Source: an uncultured Clostridia bacterium
Lineage (GTDB): Bacteria; Bacillota; Clostridia; Christensenellales; UBA1242
NCBI GenBank assembly: GCA_947630745.1
Contig: CANRIT010000002.1
Location: 36,474 to 100,473 of the forward strand
DNA: 64,000 nucleotides
Reading direction: 5' to 3'
The position numbers were made by a program, and so were the translations under genes. Below are positions 30,689 through 40,539 of the stretch, piece after piece. The stretch's first letter is position 1, and the number at the start of each line of letters is the position of its first letter. Under the pieces are notes generated by a model. That model ran no database searches, had not been told where the DNA came from, and worked only from the letters and a program-made list of their open reading frames with translations.

Positions 30689-31492
30689 CTATTCTAATTT
30701 GTTTATAAGCATAATTTCGTTCTTAACATTAAGCGGAATTGTATCGTATAAAAATATTAATAATTGTATTTTATCAAACATTATATAATAGTATAAAATA
30801 TCTTGCCCTTGTATAATTCTAATGGCGAGGTTTTTATCTTTTGTATTATATTTTAATAAACAATTATAAAATCTTTTTAAATTTTTTATATCACAAATTT
30901 TTGCATATAAATATTGAACTAAAAGTTCTTCCGTTTGTTTTACTATGGTCCATAGATCAACTGCACAAATTTTTTTTAAATTTTTAAACGTCCTATCAAA
31001 TTTTGCCGTAGTTAATTTGTAATCTTTTAATAATTCTTCAAAATCAAAGATTAGATTATTGCAGAAATAATAAAAATGTATTTTATTTTTATGTTGGACT
31101 ATATTCCGCATCTCGCATAAAATTCTATAATTCAAATTATTATCATATAAATATTTTGTAATTAATTGAAAATTCACTTCACCTACTATTTTTTTTAATT
31201 CATTTAAAAAAACATTAAGTTGTCCAATTATATCATTTATATAATTTTGCAATAAATCTATTTTATCATAAGATAAATTTGATTTACTAGCCTCTACAAA
31301 AAGATGATCAACCGTTTCAAATTTAATTTGTTGCGTATCAAAACACTGATGTAATTGTGAAATCATTACATAATGTTCGTAATCATTTTGAAATTCTGAA
31401 TACAACTTATTAATATCAATTATTCCCGGTTCGTATAAATCTACTAAATCACCATTCTTTTTGCTTAAATATACTAATGTTTTATTACTCAT
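30689..31492 (-). CDS. Hypothetical protein with a possible HEPN motif
   Basis: 267 aa, very AT-rich; MRNIVQH Rx4H motif. Confidence 0.5.
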   Translation of the reverse strand: MSNKTLVYLSKKNGDLVDLYEPGIIDINKLYSEFQNDYEHYVMISQLHQCFDTQQIKFETVDHLFVEASKSNLSYDKIDLLQNYINDIIGQLNVFLNELKKIVGEVNFQLITKYLYDNNLNYRILCEMRNIVQHKNKIHFYYFCNNLIFDFEELLKDYKLTTAKFDRTFKNLKKICAVDLWTIVKQTEELLVQYLYAKICDIKNLKRFYNCLLKYNTKDKNLAIRIIQGQDILYYYIMFDKIQLLIFLYDTIPLNVKNEIMLINKLE

Positions 31493-31695
31493 ATATCACC
31501 ATTATTAAAATTGAATTTAGAAGAAATCTGTTAATTTATTTGATATTCTTTTCTATCATCTTTCATAATTTCCTCCTTTTTAACCACTAAATAAAAGGAG
31601 ATAAAATGCGTACATAGAAGGCATGATTATGTTAGCATAAATATTTATAAAAGTCAAATAAAAAACCTAAATTGTGGTTCAATTTAGATTGAAAG

Positions 31696-31869
31696 TGGTT
31701 GCGGGGGTTGGATTTGAACCTTTTACTTCGAAGTACTCACTGGTTATATGTTTCGTTACACTCACATATAAGCCCTCGGTAGGGCTTTACGAACCCAATC
31801 CCCTTGCAACAAAAAACCACTCTAACGAGTGGCTTTTCTGGTTGGGCGAACCCAACCTAAAACGAATCA
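31696..31869. repeat. 174-bp direct repeat copy 1, containing the 25-bp tRNA-fMet 3' end (att-like)
   Basis: 31696-31720 identical to 46744-46768; remainder near-identical to 33088-33261. Confidence 0.92.
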
Positions 31870-31979
31870 TATAAAAACTTGCTTTTTATTTGCATTTGTA
31901 TTAAAATTAATTTTGTTAAAATTGTCATGTTTTGGAAAATTCCGCTACTTTCTAATTTATAATGTTTTGGGAGTGTAGA

Positions 31980-32576
31980 ATGGGTATTTTTGATAATTTT
32001 AAAGAAATAAATGGTAAAATTGAAGATGATTCTTGGATTGAATGGTTGCACTTTTTAATACCTAACAAAGAAAATTGGCTGAGAACTCTTCTAAGGTCAA
32101 TTTTGGCTTGTTTTGGACATTGTTTAAATTGTACTGCTCTAGATGGATGTTATTTTGTTAAATGGAATATGCCTAAAAACAAAATTCCAAATTCAAATGG
32201 GCTTTTGCATCCCAATTGTGATTGCCAAACACAAGATATAAGCTTAAATAAAGTGAGATATAAATCAAGGGCAGATTGCCAATTATCAAAATTTACTAAT
32301 TATGTTTTTGGAGAAAATTCAAAAGGCAAAAAAGCATTGTTTGAATCTTGGGGATTCTCTATTGAAGATTCAGAATATTTAGTTAATATGTATTGCACTC
32401 AAGCAATAAAAAACTATTTAAGCGGTAACTACGTATTAAAAAATTTGGATGAATATGGTCAAAGATTGGCAATTCCAATCACTTTAAAAGGTAATATAAT
32501 GTTTTATTCTGGCTGGATGGTGCATCCTGAAGGCTTAATTACAAACACAACACCATATGCGGGAGAAATGAAATGA
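31980..32576 (+). CDS. MuF-like N-terminus plus DUF6883 putative nuclease toxin
   Basis: CLNCTALDG...LHPNCDC MuF-type motif; KFTNYVF...KGKKALFESWGFS...YGQR...SGWM...TTPY resembles DUF6883. Confidence 0.6.
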   Translation: MGIFDNFKEINGKIEDDSWIEWLHFLIPNKENWLRTLLRSILACFGHCLNCTALDGCYFVKWNMPKNKIPNSNGLLHPNCDCQTQDISLNKVRYKSRADCQLSKFTNYVFGENSKGKKALFESWGFSIEDSEYLVNMYCTQAIKNYLSGNYVLKNLDEYGQRLAIPITLKGNIMFYSGWMVHPEGLITNTTPYAGEMK

Positions 32577-33067
32577 AAAAATATGATATAGTAAAACTTG
32601 TCGAGTTAAATGAAGATTTAAAAAAGAAAAATTTGCGTGTTGGTTTGCACGGCGTTGTTTTGTCTGCCAATTTTGATAACAGCGTTGTGGCATTCTTCAA
32701 CGATGAAAATTTGGGTGAAAATTTAACAGTCCAGGTGGACAACAAGTTTTTAAAAAAAGAAAATGTTACATTGCCACAAAAAATTATAGATATTTTAGTT
32801 TCCAACCCAAATAAATTATTTGCAAATGATAAGGCATTAACAACACGGATATTTAACGAGACAGATTGTGTTGAACTTGTTGTCGAAAAAGAAGAATACT
32901 CGAAACATAATATCCATAAAGGTGAAATTGGGGTAATTGCTTCCGGCGAAATGATAAATAATAAAATGTTAGTAGATTTTACTAGCGTTGATAAAAATGG
33001 CAAAATTTCTGGCGAAATTATAAGTGTAGATGTAAATGATTTGAAATTGAAAAAAAGACCAAAATAG
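32573..33067 (+). CDS. Tandem DUF4926-like putative immunity protein
   Basis: Two repeats (KKYDIVKLV...GLHGVVL and ETDCVELVV...GEIGVIA); ATGA overlap with the upstream gene. Confidence 0.6.
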   Translation: MKKYDIVKLVELNEDLKKKNLRVGLHGVVLSANFDNSVVAFFNDENLGENLTVQVDNKFLKKENVTLPQKIIDILVSNPNKLFANDKALTTRIFNETDCVELVVEKEEYSKHNIHKGEIGVIASGEMINNKMLVDFTSVDKNGKISGEIISVDVNDLKLKKRPK

Positions 33068-33087
33068 TTAGTTTGGTCTTTTTTGTT

Positions 33088-33261
33088 TGGTTGCGGGGGC
33101 TGGATTTGAACCTTTTACTTCGAAGTAGTCACTGGTTATATGTTTCGTTACACTCACATATAAGCCCTCGGTCGGGCTTTACAAACTCAATCCCCTTGCA
33201 ACAAAAAACCACTCTAACGAGTGGCTTTTTTGGTTGAGCGAACCAAACCTAAAACGAATCA
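33088..33261. repeat. 174-bp direct repeat copy 2 (att-like core with one mismatch)
   Basis: Matches 31696-31869 with a few substitutions; offset 1392 bp. Confidence 0.92.
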
Positions 33262-33348
33262 GAACCTTCAAATTTGTTGTCATATTTTTTATGCAATATT
33301 TGCATTTTTATGTTATAATGTTAAATAGATGAAAAATAAGGAGTAAAA

Positions 33349-34659
33349 ATGAAAGTAGAAAATAAAGATATTTACGAGAATGATTTGATCGGCCGAAAGG
33401 ATTTTGTTGAAAAAATTTTAACAACTATTGAAAATGTTTCAAAAGATAAAGGCTGGTGTTTCGCAATAAATGGAGAATGGGGATCTGGTAAAACATTCAT
33501 CTTCAATTTATTAAAAGAAAGTTTAATAAATAAGGATGATTATATATGCATAACTTACGATGCTTGGAATAATTATTTTTATGAAGATCCATTGATGGCA
33601 TTGTTGTTTACGATATTAGATTATTTTGACAATACCAAGGGTATTGGTGAGGATATAAAACAAGGAATTAAAAATGTTATTAATGGATTTTGGACAATTT
33701 TAAATTGCATTCCAGGAGTGGGAACATTTACTCAGACAGCCAAAAAAGTTAGCAATAGATTAACAAAAACAAGGGAAAAGGAAACCAATAATGTTGCCTT
33801 ATCGAATTACAAATCCTACAATACACTATTAAGGGAAACTCAAGCAATTTTAGAAAATCTTACCAAGAAAAAAACTCTTGTTATTTTGGTAGATGAAATT
33901 GATAGATGTACAGCAGATTATGCAATGAAAGTACTCGAAAGAATACATTATTTATTTGACACCAAAAATACAGTGGTCATAGTAAATCTTAATAAAAAAG
34001 AGTTAGAAAATGTTGCCTTAGATAAGTATGACGAACTTGAAAGACAAAGATATTTTAATAAAATTTTCGACTTGATATACAATATTCCACAAGGACATCA
34101 AAATTTTATTCAAAACCTTTGCTTGGAATTAATGCATAAAAACAATATTTTATATAACAATGACGATATTACTAAATTAGCAAATATTTTAGAATTTGAA
34201 ATAAACAATCTCCAACTTAGAGAAATAGTTCAAAGATTTAATATATTTAATTTTTTAATTTCAAATATAAATCAAATTGAAAGGGATTTTTCACTTGTTT
34301 TTGCTGTCATAATATATACAAATTATATTATCACAGAAAAGACTATAGTTTTAAGGCATGTTCCCCCTAAAGAGTTTAGGTTTTCTAATATTATTGATAT
34401 AAACAATCAAATGTTTGACATATTAAATAATATGACTGTCAATTATTTACGCAAATTCGTTTCACATACGACAACTTGCAATGAAAATGCAAAAATAACC
34501 ACATATACTAATAAATGTTTAAACGAGTTATTTTACTTTTTAAATATGTCTTATTTTGGAGACAAAATAAATGTAGATTTGAAAAGTTACTACAATATTG
34601 ATGACAAAAATTTAGAATCGCATATTAAAAACAATTTACATCTTTACGAATTATTGTAA
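33349..34659 (+). CDS. KAP-family P-loop NTPase
   Basis: IGRKDF, AINGEWGSGKT, YDAW, DPLMALL, ILVDEIDRC...VLERI, YFNKIFD. Confidence 0.9.
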   Translation: MKVENKDIYENDLIGRKDFVEKILTTIENVSKDKGWCFAINGEWGSGKTFIFNLLKESLINKDDYICITYDAWNNYFYEDPLMALLFTILDYFDNTKGIGEDIKQGIKNVINGFWTILNCIPGVGTFTQTAKKVSNRLTKTREKETNNVALSNYKSYNTLLRETQAILENLTKKKTLVILVDEIDRCTADYAMKVLERIHYLFDTKNTVVIVNLNKKELENVALDKYDELERQRYFNKIFDLIYNIPQGHQNFIQNLCLELMHKNNILYNNDDITKLANILEFEINNLQLREIVQRFNIFNFLISNINQIERDFSLVFAVIIYTNYIITEKTIVLRHVPPKEFRFSNIIDINNQMFDILNNMTVNYLRKFVSHTTTCNENAKITTYTNKCLNELFYFLNMSYFGDKINVDLKSYYNIDDKNLESHIKNNLHLYELL

Positions 34660-34841
34660 ATAGATCATTCCCATACATCCCTAAGTTGAATGTATTAGTT
34701 TAATTTAGTAATATATTGAGTTGTCTTTTATTTTAATTAATATATTTCAATTATTATTTTAAAAATTTAAAATACATTATCTAAAATGTAATTATCCTTT
34801 TAAAGTTTGACAAAATTTGCTATCTTTGCTATTATGTATTT

Positions 34842-35810
34842 ATGAGAGAGATAAAATTGGATGAAAATAAAAATCCTTACCTACATTCTAAATTATTAAG
34901 AAAATCCTTATCCAAAGCGATAAAATCCATTTCGAATTATCCTGAAATTTTACCGAAATCAATAATTCAAACCGCATCTCGAGTATTTGATATAAACGAA
35001 GATGCTATTGTTTTTGGCAATGGTTCAATGGATTTATTTGGCAAAATTATAAACCACTTTGGAAATAAAAATTACGGGATATTTAAGCCAACCTTTTGGG
35101 GCTTTAAACATTTTTTATACTTATATAATTTCAAAAATTATAAAGAAGTTGAATTCTCAAACTCATATAGCAAAAATATTCAACTTCTTAAATCATTATC
35201 TTTAAATACTAAAGTTTTATATTTATGCAACCCAAACAACCCGACACTTTTCTATTTCAAAAAAGAAGATCTAATTAAAATTATTAAAAACAACCCTAAT
35301 TGTCATTATGTTATTGATGAGACGCTTCTAACATTTGAGAATTTCCCCAAACTTTCGTTATATAAATATGTTCAAAAATTTACCAACATGTCAGTAGTAA
35401 TCTCTTTATCAAAGATTTTCGGCATCGCAGGTTTGAGATGTGGGATCATGTTTACAAATCCGAGTTTGGCAAAAATCTTGAAATCTAAACAGTTTCCATT
35501 TGGAATAAATATTATAACGGAATCATTTATAAAAAACAACCTTTATGAATTTAATAATTTATCTAAAGTAAAAGCAAAAATTTATACAAACTACAATTAT
35601 TTAATAGCAAATCCACCTAAAAATTTTTATAATAAAATTATTAATAGAAACTCTAGTTTTATTTTAATATATACCAATAAAAGCATTGACATCCAAAAGT
35701 TAAAAAATTTTTTAGATAAGAATAAGATATTTTTAAGATATTCCTTCGAACTTAACAATGTATCGGATAATTTCATAAGAGTCAGCGCGGGAAAAATGGC
35801 AGTATCATAA
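34842..35810 (+). CDS. PLP-dependent class I/II aminotransferase (HisC/CobD-like), C-terminus possibly frameshifted
   Basis: FGNGS, LCNPNNPT, VIDET, SLSKIFGIAGLRCG, FIRVS. Confidence 0.82.
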   Translation: MREIKLDENKNPYLHSKLLRKSLSKAIKSISNYPEILPKSIIQTASRVFDINEDAIVFGNGSMDLFGKIINHFGNKNYGIFKPTFWGFKHFLYLYNFKNYKEVEFSNSYSKNIQLLKSLSLNTKVLYLCNPNNPTLFYFKKEDLIKIIKNNPNCHYVIDETLLTFENFPKLSLYKYVQKFTNMSVVISLSKIFGIAGLRCGIMFTNPSLAKILKSKQFPFGINIITESFIKNNLYEFNNLSKVKAKIYTNYNYLIANPPKNFYNKIINRNSSFILIYTNKSIDIQKLKNFLDKNKIFLRYSFELNNVSDNFIRVSAGKMAVS

Positions 35811-35854
35811 ACTTATAAAAAATATCGAATGTTTCTTAAAAAAGGGAAAACAAA

Positions 35855-37267
35855 ATGTTTAGTAAAATTTTTAAAAATGAGTATTTAACTACTTATAGAC
35901 ACCAAATGGCAATACTAGAAAAGCAAAAGCATATTGAAAAAAACCAATCTATAAAAATTTTGAACGGAGAATTACAAAAAACATGGAAAGATGTATTTTC
36001 TATTGATGATATTTTAGATTTTAATCTTGGAGCAATTAAATTTAAGGATTTCGAATGGGAATTAATTAAGAATTCAGCTTTCAAAACCCTTTTTAGTGAG
36101 AAATATCTTGATTCTTCGTATAAATATATAATGGAAAGTGATGATGGTGTGATTCTTAGAGGTTGCGAATGTTATTATTATATTGCGGCGTTTAAAAATA
36201 AATCTAAACAATTAAATAATGAATTTATTATAAATTGGTTAAAAAATATTAGAAATTTTCTTACCAAATCAATAATTTGCTTGGATGTTAAAATTATACT
36301 ATCCTCGATTAATAAAAAATTTATTTTGGGAATTTTAGACCATCTAAGGATGGTTTCGACAATAATGGCGACATTTAATATGAATTTAGACTTTAGTTCT
36401 GAAACTCAACTCAAAATTTATGATTCTATTTCAGAACTTTATAAGTTGAAGTTTGTGAAAATTCTCGATTCGACAATTAATCAGTATTTAAACATTCTTT
36501 TTAAAGGCAGATTCAACAAAAGTCAACTTATAAGAATTTTAAAACAAACTATTGCGTTTATCGATGAAGATATTGAAAAAATTTCAAATATTCAAACTCT
36601 TGATGTATTAATTAATTCATTTAAAATTCATCGCGAAATTGATTGTTTAATAGAAAATTACATATCAGTCTATAATGCTTATGTTACCATGTCGTCAAAA
36701 AATTTATTTGACAATAATAAGAAATATCTTTTAATTGCAATAATGAATGGTGCATTGGAAATGCCATTAATTTTAAAAACTTTTATGCATGGTAAGAGAT
36801 TATCTTTTGGTTTTTTTAGTGATTATAGACCATACATCATACGGCATAATAATCTAAATAATTCTACTAAACATACAATAACATTACAATCAACCGATTT
36901 AATTATAATGGATGATAATATTATGACGGGTAAATCAATTGATAATTTATTAAACCTTTTTAAAAGCCCTATTAATTATCAAACAATTTTAGTTCGACAT
37001 CCAAATATAAATAGGATAAATCAAACTCGCTATAATGGTGTATGTATTAATATTAATGAACTAAGACAAAAAGCATATGGCATGACTTTTGATTCACCTT
37101 ATACAAAATTAAAAGTAAACACCAATTATGGAAACGAATTTTTAGACGAACTAGGCATTTTTACATTAACTGGAGATTTATTTTTAAAATTACTTTATAA
37201 AAATGGACATTTTGCACCAAATTCAGAAGTTTCAACTATTAGGGGGTTATTAAATGATAAAAAATGA
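35855..37267 (+). CDS. Uncharacterised protein with a C-terminal PRTase-like motif
   Basis: LIIMDDNIMTGKSI matches the PRPP-binding loop pattern (hhhhDDxxxTG); remainder unrecognised. Confidence 0.55.
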   Translation: MFSKIFKNEYLTTYRHQMAILEKQKHIEKNQSIKILNGELQKTWKDVFSIDDILDFNLGAIKFKDFEWELIKNSAFKTLFSEKYLDSSYKYIMESDDGVILRGCECYYYIAAFKNKSKQLNNEFIINWLKNIRNFLTKSIICLDVKIILSSINKKFILGILDHLRMVSTIMATFNMNLDFSSETQLKIYDSISELYKLKFVKILDSTINQYLNILFKGRFNKSQLIRILKQTIAFIDEDIEKISNIQTLDVLINSFKIHREIDCLIENYISVYNAYVTMSSKNLFDNNKKYLLIAIMNGALEMPLILKTFMHGKRLSFGFFSDYRPYIIRHNNLNNSTKHTITLQSTDLIIMDDNIMTGKSIDNLLNLFKSPINYQTILVRHPNINRINQTRYNGVCININELRQKAYGMTFDSPYTKLKVNTNYGNEFLDELGIFTLTGDLFLKLLYKNGHFAPNSEVSTIRGLLNDKK

Positions 37268-38705
37268 TTTTGTTAGCGTAATAATAACAACATATAATAG
37301 AAAAGAAAAATTAAAGAACGCTATAAATAGCGTTTTAAACCAAACTTACAAAAATTTCGAACTAATTATTATAGACGATTGTTCAACTGAAGAAATTGAA
37401 CAATTCATAAAAAATAATTTCAAATCAATAAAATATTATAAAAATTCAACAAATCTCGGAGTTTCTGCCAGCAGAAATAAGGGAATTGAATTGGCATCAT
37501 TTGAAACAATTGCTTTTTTAGATGACGACGATGAATGGTTGCCTAACAAATTACAAATATGCATGAATGAAATGCGTAGTGGAAACTATGATTTTGTTTT
37601 CACTCAATTTTTCAAAAATTCAAAGGTTTACCCTGACTCAACTTTTGTAGATAACAATTTTATTTTTCATTCTATACTTAAAAACCCTATTTTATCACCA
37701 TCAACATTCGTTTGTAAAAAAAATATACTTCAAAATGTCGGTTTATTTGATCAAAAAATTAAATGTTTTGAAGATTATGAATTAAGTTTAAGAATTGCAA
37801 AAAATTACAATGGGAAATTTATTCCATTGGCATTAACAACAGTCAATTTTACAGAAAATAGTCTATCGTCTAACAATAATGCTATAGAAGGTCTGAAAAC
37901 TAGAATAGAATTATTTATTAAATATAATAACTTTTTAAAAAAATATCATCTTGAAAAAGAGTGGTTAAAAGGTATAACCAATTTTCAATATTTTATGGAA
38001 TATAATATTTATAAAAAGTTAATTCATCCTGTAGAAATGATAATGGGGTTTAATTTCGACATTGAAAGAACTTGTATTAAAGAAGAATGTCTTAATAGAA
38101 TTGTTCCTTTTAAATTTTTTGATTCATTTGATAAACCTTTTTGGAGTGTTACTGTAAAAATAAATATCAACAAGTTGGTTATGTTTTGCAAAAAAAATAA
38201 ATATTCATTTTATGGCTCTATGTCCTATATACTTTTAAATGCCTGCAATAATGTCAGAAACTTTCGTTTAAGGAAAGAAGGTAAATACATTTTTGATTAT
38301 GCTAATTTACAAGCTCAATTTACAACTTTAACAAAAAGCGGAAATGCCGATATTACTAGAAGAATCAAAAATAATAATTTTATTACATTTATTAAAAATT
38401 TTAATGAATTAAAGCAAGAGACTTTTAATGAATCTATCCCTCCTCATCATTTGGAAATTTATGATGATGTTATATTCTTATCATGTTTACCTTGGTTTGA
38501 TATCAAACATTTAGAACCTGTTATGAATTATAGCTGGAAAGATTATATTCCAAGAATAACTTGGGGTAAATATTTTATAGAAAATCAACAATACTTTATA
38601 AATATTTCATTAACAGTTCATCATGCTTTTGTAGATGGATTTCACGTTCAACAACTATTGTGTGAAATAGAAAGACAAATTGATATTTTAGTAGATAAAA
38701 AATAA
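37254..38705 (+). CDS. GT2 glycosyltransferase fused to a CatA-like O-acetyltransferase
   Basis: SVIITTYNR, IIIDDCS, SRNKGI, FLDDDD, EDYEL; C-terminal SCLPW, PRITWGKY, VHHAFVDGFH. Confidence 0.85.
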   Translation: MIKNDFVSVIITTYNRKEKLKNAINSVLNQTYKNFELIIIDDCSTEEIEQFIKNNFKSIKYYKNSTNLGVSASRNKGIELASFETIAFLDDDDEWLPNKLQICMNEMRSGNYDFVFTQFFKNSKVYPDSTFVDNNFIFHSILKNPILSPSTFVCKKNILQNVGLFDQKIKCFEDYELSLRIAKNYNGKFIPLALTTVNFTENSLSSNNNAIEGLKTRIELFIKYNNFLKKYHLEKEWLKGITNFQYFMEYNIYKKLIHPVEMIMGFNFDIERTCIKEECLNRIVPFKFFDSFDKPFWSVTVKININKLVMFCKKNKYSFYGSMSYILLNACNNVRNFRLRKEGKYIFDYANLQAQFTTLTKSGNADITRRIKNNNFITFIKNFNELKQETFNESIPPHHLEIYDDVIFLSCLPWFDIKHLEPVMNYSWKDYIPRITWGKYFIENQQYFINISLTVHHAFVDGFHVQQLLCEIERQIDILVDKK

Positions 38706-38720
38706 ATTATTTATTTAATA

Positions 38721-38748
38721 AAAATCCACGGATAAACCCGTGGTTTTT
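38721..38748. terminator. Bidirectional terminator between the convergent operons
   Basis: AAAAtCCACGG-ataaac-CCGTGGTTTTT. Confidence 0.65.
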
Positions 38749-38756
38749 ATAGTTCA

Positions 38757-40526
38757 TTATTTTTCCATATTATCTTTAAACATATTCTCTGATAAATGCT
38801 CAAACTCATTTTTTATCTCTGCGCCTATTAAACTTTTAGGGTTTTTTCTTATTTCTTTCTTTATTAAACCTTCAGAACTCTTTTTAACTTTTTTTTTTAG
38901 TTCTTGATATTTCTCTGAAACTTGTTGTGATTGCAACCTTTCGAACAACATATCATTGTTTGTAACTGTTAAATTTTGTCCAATTTCAACAGGTTGCCAA
39001 GTAAAATTTTCTTCTAAATTAAGCTTTTCTTTAATTTTTTGACAAGTTTCTGGAATAAAAGGCCCAAATAAATTTGCAATGTTCGCCATCATGTAAACGC
39101 AAGTATATGTAGTATTATTAAACCCGTTTATATCTTCAACAACTTGAATCCAAGGTTTTTGATCGTCATAATATTTGTTACCAGCACTAACATAAGCCAT
39201 TGCACTATCAAGTGCTTGCCTAATTTTACCTTGTTCAATTAATGGACCAACTTTATTAAACGTATCAACTGTTAAACTTTTAATATTCTCGTCAACTTTG
39301 CCGTTTGGAATTTGCCCTTCAAATTTTTTGTTAATATAAGATAAATTTCTATTTACAAAATTACCGAGCACACCAACCATAAATTTATTGTGAATTTGGA
39401 CAAAATCATCAATAGAGAAATTGATATCTTTTGTTTCTGGTCCGTTGGCTAGCATGTAATAACGAATGGAATCCTTAGGGAATAAATCTATCATATGGTT
39501 CACACTAATTAAATTGCCTTTGCTTTTAGACATTTTTTCGTTGTTCATGTTTACATATTCGCAAGATACGATGTAGTCTGGTAAATTTAGATTTTCATTT
39601 ATAGACATTAACAATGCTGGGAAAATTACTGTATGAAAAGGAATGTTGTCTTTACCATGGGCATAATAAGATGTAACATTACCATTTTTCATAAACTCTT
39701 CAAAATTAATGTTTCTTGACTCAGCAACTTGCTGACCCGCAGTTAAATATCCCAGTACGGCCTCTATCCAAACATAGATCTTTTTATCATCAAAACCCTC
39801 AAACGGGACATCAACGCCCCATGACAACTGTCTAGTTACAGCCCGATCTATTAACCCCATATCTAAAAATTTATTAGTTTCACTTGTGGCATTGTTTCTC
39901 CATTGCCCCTGCCGTTTCTGGTTCAACTCCTTAACTTTGTCTTGAAATTTTGAGAGGGCAAAATAAAGATGAGTATTTGGTTTTTGAATAGTTGGGGTAT
40001 GGCATATACTACACTTTTTATCCAAAACTTCTGAAGCGTTTAATGTTGCTGAACAATCGTCACATTGATCTCCTTTAGCAATCCCACCGCAATGTGGACA
40101 TATCCCAACTATTTCACGGTCTGATAAAAAAGTTTTACATTCTGGGCAATAATCTTGCATCTCTGTTTTTTTATAAATATACCCATTATCCATTATCTTT
40201 TTTAAGTAATGCTTAACCAGTTCTCCATGATATGGGGACATAGTTGAAGTGTAGAGATCGTATGAAAAATCTAAATCTTTAAAATTTTTCGTGAATTCTT
40301 CGTGATAATGTTGTGCTATCTGTTTTGGTGGAATTCCCTCTTTCTTTGCCCTAACAGTAATTGGCGTTCCGTGAGAATCTGTACCTGAAACATATATAAC
40401 GTTATCTCCGTGTTGTCTGTAATACCTTGCAATTACATCTCCAGGCAACAATGCCGCCAAATGTCCGACATGTAAAGAATTATTTGCATATGGCCACGCT
40501 CCACCTATAAAGATATTTTTTCTCAT
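38757..40526 (-). CDS. metG: Methionine--tRNA ligase (island-borne, two-knuckle MetRS2-like)
   Basis: WPYAN..LHVGH, SGTDSHG, four CxxC pairs, YVWIEA, GKDNIPFH, KMSKS; no C-terminal tRNA-binding domain. Confidence 0.93.
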   Translation of the reverse strand: MRKNIFIGGAWPYANNSLHVGHLAALLPGDVIARYYRQHGDNVIYVSGTDSHGTPITVRAKKEGIPPKQIAQHYHEEFTKNFKDLDFSYDLYTSTMSPYHGELVKHYLKKIMDNGYIYKKTEMQDYCPECKTFLSDREIVGICPHCGGIAKGDQCDDCSATLNASEVLDKKCSICHTPTIQKPNTHLYFALSKFQDKVKELNQKRQGQWRNNATSETNKFLDMGLIDRAVTRQLSWGVDVPFEGFDDKKIYVWIEAVLGYLTAGQQVAESRNINFEEFMKNGNVTSYYAHGKDNIPFHTVIFPALLMSINENLNLPDYIVSCEYVNMNNEKMSKSKGNLISVNHMIDLFPKDSIRYYMLANGPETKDINFSIDDFVQIHNKFMVGVLGNFVNRNLSYINKKFEGQIPNGKVDENIKSLTVDTFNKVGPLIEQGKIRQALDSAMAYVSAGNKYYDDQKPWIQVVEDINGFNNTTYTCVYMMANIANLFGPFIPETCQKIKEKLNLEENFTWQPVEIGQNLTVTNNDMLFERLQSQQVSEKYQELKKKVKKSSEGLIKKEIRKNPKSLIGAEIKNEFEHLSENMFKDNMEK

Positions 40527-40539
40527 AACTATCCTCCTA

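Noticed and set aside
31531-31566. 11-aa ORF MKDDRKEYQIN with a GGAGG RBS
   Set aside because: Too short to assess; could be a gene remnant or leader peptide, with no supporting motif
31696-33112. Additional tRNA genes at 31696 and 33088
   Set aside because: Only the 3' 25 nt match; the D-arm and anticodon arm are absent, so these are att-like remnants
38100-38705. Chloramphenicol resistance gene (cat)
   Set aside because: The CAT-fold domain is fused to a GT2 inside a biosynthetic-type operon; resistance function is unsupported
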